Of a stretch of DNA of 64,000 nt, positions 54,601 through 64,000 are shown in pieces. The notes beneath the pieces were generated by a model, which was given only the letters and a program-made list of their open reading frames with translations, did no database searches and was not told the origin of the DNA. The stretch lies in assembly GCF_009914755.1 (NCBI RefSeq), contig NC_060925.1. One strand, written 5' to 3'. This DNA is from the human T2T-CHM13v2.0 reference genome, Homo sapiens. The translations under genes and the position numbers were made by a program. Each line of letters starts with the position of its first letter. Position 1 is the stretch's first letter.

Positions 54601-55956
54601 CTATTCAATAGGAAAAACATTCAGGATTCTCAGAACATCCTTCTGTCTTTTAGATGAGGGGGAGACATGTTTTACCCTGGAGAAGATACTTACCCAACCT
54701 TAGCTTTAGTTTCACTACTCTTGCCTTTCCCTACATTCCAGGGTCATTGATTTGATATGGGATATATATACTGTCTGTGAAACATTCAGTCCTTTGTAAG
54801 CATTCTTTTGATCACCAAGGCCTATTGGAAATTTCTCCTCAATGTCTTTTAGATTCAACCTGTCTTTTCCATTCCCACTTAGCCCCATTCCCACTTTCAC
54901 ACCCGGATTCCTATAGCAATAAACTTAGAGTATCTTCCTATCTATATGTTTCCATTCTAGTATCTCCTGTTAACCAAGGCTGGATGAAAGTTCTTAAAAC
55001 TGCACTTTAATGCTAAAGAATCAGAATAGTTATTGATGATCTACGGGAACAAGTCCAGATTCCTTAGCTTGTCACCAAGCCCCTCCCTGTCAACTATCCC
55101 CACCCAACCTATCCAAGCACATCACCTACAGACCTCGTTCGTTCTACTACCACTTTTTTCTACTTCTCACCTTTACCCCTAAGTTTCACCACAATGAAAA
55201 TAAAACCATAAAGCTCAATTTTTCTTCAAAAATCTTGCCCCTACCTCTGTTTCGCCATGATCTTCCCTTAGTCTGAATCTCTTCAATATAAATCTGTATA
55301 TTCAGCTATAGAAGTTTTCATTTATTCAATTTCCTTGTCTCCTATAAGTTTATTTAAGAGTTTATTCAAAAGATGTCCCCTGTATTTTCAGATTTATCAA
55401 AGGCAATGATAGTGTATTCTATGCGTTTGTATAACCCACAGTGCTTAACATGGTCTTGAGTATACCTAAAAATAAGTCTGTTGTGATAAAGTAGCTAATG
55501 TGGTTACGCTTTGGTGAGGGATCTACTCTCACTTGGTTACTCATTATATCAATTACTCCAAGTCTCTTGTCTGGCACAGTCTGTGCTTCTTGTCTCTAGC
55601 TAGGCACTTTCATTATGCCAGGAGCAGATGGGCCTTCCTACATGGAGGCACAGGAACCTGGCAAAGGGTACTTTCCTGAATGCTGCTGCCCAAGCAGCAG
55701 GGCTATTATTATGAAAGGAATGGTGTCAATACTGAGCTTCAGAGTCCATCTCTGAAGAACTGCAATGGCCAGAAATAAATGACCTCCTTTATCTCTAGAG
55801 TAGGCTTGTTTTTCCTTTTATAAATGAACACAGAAGAGGCTTATAAAATACCTTTAACGAAGCTTGTTTGATTTTCTCATGTTTTCACATCATCCCGGGT
55901 AGGAAAAGTCCCCCTACCCATCTTTCAATCTACTGCTTGTCACTACAGCATTCTGA

Positions 55957-56307
<351 letters not shown>

Positions 56308-58503
56308 TGAACTCCTGACCTCAGGTGATCCACCCGCCTTGGCCTCCCAAAAGTGCTGAGATTACAGGCGTGAGCCACCGAGCCCAGCCTGAAGCATTTT
56401 TTTTTTAAAATAAAGAGCATCAGGACTCTTAAAGCTTAGCATCCTTTTCAAATATAATCAAACTTGAAGTCTCATCTGAGTCAATCAGCTATTCATTCAT
56501 TTAATGAATATTTTTAATATCGATGTACATGCCAGATAATGAAGAGGAGGGGTGTTACAGAAGTATACAACAAATTGTATCATTCAGCAATCCTTTATCC
56601 TAGTGGGGAAGATGACTATACAGATAATTACAACTTAAGGCCATTTTTTGGATAAGAAACATAAAAGTGGTACAAACAAAAGTTCAAGGAGGCAAAGACC
56701 ACTTCTTATTCTGGTTATATGGATAGCCTTCATGGAGAAGGCTTCATGACAGTTGGGTTGGGTCTTGAAGATGTCTACAGGTAGAGCCTCAGAAAAAGGA
56801 ATATGAAACATAGGGAACAGTAGGAGGAGGGCAGCTTTAGTGACTGGCTCGGTTATACTAGAGCATTGGGATTGTAGAGGAGAATCATGATTGATTAAGG
56901 CTATATAGGGCAGTTAGGGCCAGATACTGGGGGAATTTGAATATCAGACTGTTATTTGATGAACAGTAGGGAGCAGCTGAAGGTTTTTTTTTTTTTTTTA
57001 AAAAAAACAACCTTATTAAGGTAGTGCTGATGTACAATAAACTACACATTTCAAAGTATGCAGTTTGATAAGTTGGTGTGAAATCATCACCCATAAAATC
57101 ACTACAATCAAGATAATGAACATGTCTAATCACACTCAAAAGTTCCACTGAAGGACTTTAAGAGAATGGCATTCAAAGCAATGCTTTTGGAAAGTTATTT
57201 CTTGATTTAAAAAATAAATGCCCCCTTCTGATAAGATGTTTAAGTCTTGTAATCTTCATTGGTATGTTAAATTTAAAAATGAATGATACCATATCTAAAA
57301 ATGAATCAAAATAATAGACAAAGAAACCACAGCTTTGATCAATCTGATGGCAGTATATAGGACAGACTGGAATGGAGCAGGAACAGAACAATCTATTGAA
57401 AGCCTAAGTAGGAGGCTTTATTAATAGTCCAGGCAGTTGCTAATAAATCTGGTAGAAGAACCAGGACAAAAATGAAGTAACAAATGAGAAAAACTAGTTG
57501 GGTGAGTTGGACTGGAGAGAGAGAGACAAGGTAAAAATGACTGAGGTTTTGAGCTAGTTGTATCGCAAACAGGGAGAGTATGGGGATAAGAAAGGTACAC
57601 ATAAATAAATAATAAGCATCTGTGGGTATGGAATTGAGAAGGGAAATAAATCATATTTAGGAATCACTCACATTGATGTGAAAGTAAAGCCATTAAGAGT
57701 GGTTTGCATCTGTGAGAGACAGGGTTAATGGAGAGAGAAAAAAGTCAAGCTAGAACCTTATGAACTGCATAACACAGAATTCCAAATTGCTAATGGCATA
57801 GTGTTTAAAATATTCCAAGTACTCACCCTTTACAAAATGTATTTGTTTTATTTATCTCTCACAAAAATCTTATTAATAAGTTACCAAATCATCTCTATTT
57901 TACAAATGTAGAAACTAAGGTACAGAAGAATTATGTCTCTTGCCCAATGTCACATAATTAGCCTATGGTGAAACTAAAGTGTTAAAATCAGGCAATCTGA
58001 ATCCATTTTTAATTCCTGGGTTACAATGTCTTCTTCCTGCAGCCCAATCACTTAAGCTCTCCTAAGATAGAGTCTCTTAAAATACACAACACCTAGGCCA
58101 GAGCTGCTTAACGCATTTGCCTAGTATAATCCCCGTGGGCACCATATCTTCAAATCTCAAGATAATGCAGTATACTTGGAACTGTTTTATGAGCAACATA
58201 GGATAAAACTGGGAGCTGGAATTATTCAATTTAGATTGAATTTGCTGAAACTTAGTTCAAATGCATAGACAGAAGTTTATTTCATAAAACAGAATAGCAA
58301 CAAAGTAAAAATTTTGATTTTGCCTATGAAGTCAAATACCACAAAACTCATCATCTTGAGTTTATAGTAACATAAGGGACAAAGGAGTACAAGTTTCTTA
58401 ACTGGTAGCCAAAAATATAATTTCTACTAAAGAGAAACAGGACACATCATTTATGGATTACTAACTTGTTGTGATTTAACTAGGAATAGAGGAAAAAGCA
58501 TAA

Positions 58504-58638
<135 letters not shown>

Positions 58639-58677
58639 TAGCTGGCATTACAGGCACGTGCCACCAAGCCTGGCTAA

Positions 58678-58872
<195 letters not shown>

Positions 58873-59345
58873 TAGAGGAGATACATAGATGGCTGGCTGA
58901 TAGAGGGGAAGTGGTTAGCTTTGTTAAACTTTAGCCAAAGTTATTAATGCTGCTTTTCATGAATCACTGTAGCAATGCCTTTCTTCTTGATATTTAGGAA
59001 AGTAGTCTGGTTTTTGGAGTCTCTACCTGATGACTGCCTACTAATCTATTAGATCATTAAGGACTATTTTGAGATACAAGATCATACAAATCATAAGCTT
59101 TGCTTCCAATCACTCTCACTTGTAGGGCCAGAGAAATGGACTACTCAGGAGCTACAGAGCTCTCTGATTGGCTGAAGACCCAGAGAAACTGTGGATTATG
59201 CAAGAACTAACAAACATATGGAGACTAAGTTCCCAAAGAAGAGTTAAATATCTTTGAGTTTAAACCCTATCTACAGCTGTGTTTGCTGGAATTGTCAGGA
59301 CTGTAATAGAGTTTCAGTTACCAAGGAGAAATGTTGATTTAGAGA

Positions 59346-59563
59346 AGGGGTCAGCCAACTTTTTCTGTAAAGGGCCAGCTAGTAAATATTTTGGACTTAA
59401 CCAGCCATATGGTCTTCTATAATCATTCAACTCTGCCATTGTAGCACAAAAGCGGCCATGGACAATATGTAAACAAGTGAATGTTGCTCTATTCCAATAA
59501 AACTTTATTTACAAAATAAGACAGCAAGCCAGATTTGACGCGTGGGTTGTAATTTATCAATCT
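59346..59563 (+). mobile_element. MER58A DNA transposon (followed by a MER5-like element to ~59735)
   Basis: AGGGGTCAGCCAACTTTTTCTGTAAAGGGCCAG...CCAATAAAACTTTATTTACAAAA. Confidence 0.75.
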
Positions 59564-60128
59564 ATTCTCTATAGTGATGGCTGTCACACTCTATATGTAC
59601 ATCAGAATCACCTATGGAACTAGTTTAAAAGGTAGGTTCCTAGGCTCCAGCCTACCCCTACAGAATCAGAATCTCTAGGAATGCGAATCAGCAATTCAAT
59701 AAGGTCCACAAGTGGTGTGTGAACCACACTTTTAAAGCTTTGTGTTATGCAGCTAGCTTCATCTAAGCTGGGGTGGCCTTGCTGTCCTAGATGTGGGCCA
59801 GCACTTCCTGCATCCTGTGGCAGTAAAAATGGAGTAACTTTTATTTTCTTTGACCTTCCTAGTAGAAACAACTGTTTTTGTTTGTTTGTTTGTTTGTTTT
59901 TTGCTTCCAACCTCTAAAATGCATAAAATAGTCCTTCTCAGGTGAAATTAACATGAAGTTTAGGGATGATTTTGAATGAAAATGCTCAACTTAAAATAAC
60001 AAGATTTTAGGCCGGGCGAGGTGGCTCACGCCTGTAATCCCAGCACTTTGGGAGGCCAAGGCGGGCGAATCACGAGGTCAGGAGATCCAGACCATCCTGG
60101 CTAACACGGCGAAACCTCATCTCTACTA

Positions 60129-60337
<209 letters not shown>

Positions 60338-60699
60338 TTAAATTGCAAAATTAGTAGGCACAATTCTTACCAAAAGACAGGGCTACATCTGAAGAAATAG
60401 TTTCCATTGTTCTCCCTTTCTCTCAAAATACCTCCAGCAAAGGCCTGCCCTGTTGCTTATAATTCCACTACTAACAAGTCATTACTTTGTGTCTAGGGGT
60501 CTTTGCTTCAACAGAACCTCATTAAAACTCATGTGAAAACAGAAAGTAGAAAATCTCTGTGGTTTGCATTAAGTTGACAAAACAAAACAAAACAAAAACC
60601 AACTCTGCAGGCCTCTGGCAGCTGCTCCCAACTTTAACAATCAGTAAAAAATAACTTATTCAGCTAAGTTCAGTTCTGATAAAATGAAAAAAGTGCTTT

Positions 60700-60705
60700 T
60701 TTATT
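60700..60705 (-). terminator. Candidate proximal polyadenylation signal (AATAAA) of BCL2L15
   Basis: TTTATT on + strand about 80 nt downstream of the stop codon; usage not verifiable, 3' UTR may be longer. Confidence 0.4.
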
Positions 60706-60787
60706 TGTTTGTTTGAATTCCCAGGAATCAATCACCCAATCAGTCAACAAGGAAGTGATGTTCAGTCTCGTGAATAGCTCCAACTCT

Positions 60788-60805
60788 TCAGCTCTCCAGA
60801 TTTTC
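60788..60805 (-). CDS. BCL2L15: BCL2L15 last coding exon (ENLES*)
   Basis: CCTAG acceptor then GAA AAT CTG GAG AGC TGA, completing GGWENLES. Confidence 0.9.
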   Translation of the reverse strand, partial: ENLES

Positions 60806-61437
60806 CTAGGGAAGACAGAGAAAATCCTACAGTCAAAGGAATTGCTTTCAGGAACTTCCTAAGAAACCAGGAAATGATCTGCAGATAGCTCCAGGAAATG
60901 TAGCTCTTATTAAGGCTTTCACTGACCCTGTAAATGGAAAGGAGTGCTCTATGACAGCATAAGTTCTGATGATTACTAAAACATGGGCTTAGAATACCTT
61001 ATATAGTTACCACTACAGCAAAGACTGTTTTTTCTTAGATACTATTAAGGTGATTCTGACTTCCCTAACACACACATAGAGAAGTTAGGAAAAAAAGACC
61101 CAGAAATTTACAAAGGAACGGAGTGAAGCCAGGCTGAAATTAGAACTCTATCATGAATATACTTTATAGATGATTATGTGTAGGAAATGAAGATTAGCTT
61201 TACAGTAGTCAGCAGTCAATATTTAAGGTAGCATGACTCGAGTCCAACATCCACAGGCTGAGCTTCTGTCTGCTCCATTTTTCCATGGCAAGAAAATCTA
61301 GGCATTTTCAGCAAAATAGGGAAGCCTGTTTTCCTGTTGGTTTCCAATTTACAAAAAGGGTCATGAATTGGAATCCCAGGTATTAGTACAAAAACAGTGC
61401 AAATACCTAGCAAAACCAGGAGCCCCAACAAACTTAC

Positions 61438-61662
61438 CCAACCTCCCTGGCCCTGGATGAACTCCCGGATGGCTTGGTTCCCATTGATCATACCCGTCAT
61501 GGGGATAGCCACCTGTCCCACTACTTCAGGAGCAATGTGAGCCATGTACTCAAGAAGTTTCACTGACACTGCCAGAAAAGCTCTCTCATAAGCTAAGCTG
61601 GAATCCTGAGCACACCAGGTCTTGCTGAGAGATTCCACAGTGTTCTGGAGTATAGCTCCTGT
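61438..61662 (-). CDS. BCL2L15: BCL2L15 (BFK) penultimate coding exon ([20 protein letters not shown]...[10 protein letters not shown])
   Basis: 225 nt; CAG acceptor, TGG|GTAAGT donor; BH2-like FIQGQGGW motif; BCL2L15 is the known neighbour of PTPN22. Confidence 0.93.
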
Positions 61663-63277
61663 CTGAGGAAAGACAAAGGAAACATCAACAGAGTATCACT
61701 CAAAAAGTGCAGGAGGCTGCAGGTGCAGGAATCCAGTAAAGCAATTGTTTCTTAGAGTGCCAAATGTGCAACTGGTGGTAACTAAGGAAATCTTAGAGAG
61801 TAGATGAATAATCTTTTCTCATTTTAATATTTTGTTATCTTAATGGGCACTTGAAAATACATAAGTAGTCCATCAAACCCATGACTTCAGGTATTATTGC
61901 TTAGGTTAAACAAAATGAATGAAAAATGATTTGAAAGAAAAATATTAAGTATGTGATAGTCCAGCTGGTTAAATTGTAAAGGTATTGCTTGAATGACTAG
62001 GAAATGTCTGGGAGACTCTAAAGTAAAGGCCGGGGGCAGTGGCTCATGCCTGTAATCCCAGCACTTTGGGAGGCTGAGACTGGGAGATCACCTGAGGTCA
62101 GGAGTTCAAGACCAGCCTGGCCAACATGCTGAAACCCTGTCTCTACTAAAAATACAAAAATTAGCCAGGCATGGTGGTACAGGCCTGTAATCCCAGCTAC
62201 TCAGGAGGCTGAGGCAGCAGCATCACTTGAACCTGGGAGGCGAAGGTTGAAGTGAGCCGAGATCACGCCACTGCACTCCAGCCTGGGCGACAGAGCGAGA
62301 CTCCATCTCAAATAAAAAAAAGACCGAATGCAGTGGTTCACACCCGTAATCCCAACACTTTGGGAGGCGAAAGTGGGAGGATCACATGAGGTCAGGAGTT
62401 CAAGACTAGCCTGGGCAACATATTGAGACCCTGTCTCTATGAAAAATTTTAAAAAGTAGCTAGGCATGGTAGCACATGCCTGTAGTCCCAACTACTTATG
62501 AGGCTGAGGTTGGAGGATCACTTAAGCCTATGAGATTGAGGCTAGAGTGAGCTATCATTGAGCCACTACACTCCAGCCTAGGCAACAGAGAAAGACTGTC
62601 TCAAAAATAGTAGTTAATTAGAATTAATAATAAAATAATAATAATTCATTAAAATAATTGAGTAGCTCTTCCTTTTCCTCTTTCTTTTTCAAAAATGGAA
62701 TCTAAAATCCATTAGGTGGGTCCAAGCAAGATCTGTGGGGATTTAGGGGGGCCAAGGGTGGTCAGAGCTGAATATCAGAGCCCAAACAAGCTGAAAAGGA
62801 CATCCATGTGGGAGAGCACCTAGATCTTGATTTCTAAATATCATTCTCCATTAAAAGAAACCAGAGGCCGGGCGCAGTGGCTCAGGCCTGTAATCCCAGT
62901 ACTTTGGGAGGCCAAAGCAGGCAGATCACGAGGTCAGGAGTTCAAGACCAGTCTGGCCAACATAGTGAAACCCCGTCTCTACTAAAAATACAAAAAATTA
63001 GCTGGGTGTGGTGGTATGCACCTGTAATCCCAGCTACTCAGGAGGCTGAGGCAGGAGAATCAGGTGAACCGGGGAGGCAGAGGTTGAAGAGAGCCGAGAT
63101 TGCGCCATTGCTCTCCTGCCTGGGCGACAGCGCAAGACTCCGTCTCAAAAAAAAAAAAAGGCGGGCGGTGGCTCACACCTGTAATCCTAGCACTTTGGGA
63201 GGCCAAGGTGGGCGGATTGCCTGAGCTCAGGAGTTCGCGACCAGCCTGAGCAACATGGTAAAACCCCGTCTCTACTA

Positions 63278-63490
<213 letters not shown>

Positions 63491-64000
63491 TCAGTTTGGG
63501 GCTAGGGAAGTATAAGATATTCTGTCAGAAATTAAGGAAGTACTCAAATAATAATAGAGACACATCAAAGAGATGCAGTCTAGAGTGAAAGGACTCCCAC
63601 TAGCTAAAACTAGGATGATTTGAGCATCTAAATTAATAATGATGTTAACAGATTATAATCCACAGAATAAAGTAGGAATTCATGGGTCCAATGCTGATAA
63701 GAAATGAATGCAATGAAATTTTGATGAGATGTGGGATATTTACATAGTTTCAAAGTACCTCTCCATAAAACACTTATTAATTACAAAGGGGAAAAGAGTA
63801 ACTTTATAGAGGAGAAGCTTTACAGACACCATCTTAAGTGATTAAAGTTAACAACATCAATACTGGTATAAAATGAAATCTTGTGCCAATTGATGCAATG
63901 CACTGAGAACACAGCAATACTTCTGTGATATTCCTGCCAAAGGTATATATCCTTAATTTATTCAAGAAGAAACATCAAGCAAACCCCAGTTAAGGGACAT

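Noticed and set aside
61216-61638. 140-aa ORF with hydrophobic tail ([19 protein letters not shown]) suggesting a membrane-anchored BFK
   Set aside because: It is the BCL2L15 exon read through a strong GTAAGT donor; no sequence evidence that the intron is retained, though long-read cDNA could test it.

Overview
Human genomic DNA (Alu/L1-rich, with human-specific AluYa elements) at the PTPN22 locus on 1p13.2. The minus strand carries PTPN22 (lymphoid tyrosine phosphatase LYP) coding exons 1-19 (ATG at 51284 down to 4816). All boundaries are GT-AG and the exons sum to 2281 nt in one continuous frame; exons 20-21 lie outside the window to the left. The last two coding exons of BCL2L15 (BFK) lie upstream on the same strand (61662-61438 and 60805-60788). 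The haplotype carries R620 (non-risk allele of rs2476601) and R263. Most ORFs in the supplied track are Alu/L1 artefacts. I see no wholly new gene system. The most interesting structures are: (1) a ~400-bp templated duplication from intron 5 inserted into a MER5A in intron 9, with palindromes at its breakpoint; (2) two nearly identical inverted AluYa5/Ya8 elements flanking exons 12-18, whose back-splice would give a stop-free 1335-nt circle; (3) a uORF plus overlapping uORF in the PTPN22 leader; (4) an in-frame BCL2L15-PTPN22 read-through possibility; (5) several template-switch-type palindromic insertions. Repeat subfamily names and repeat boundaries are by eye and approximate.
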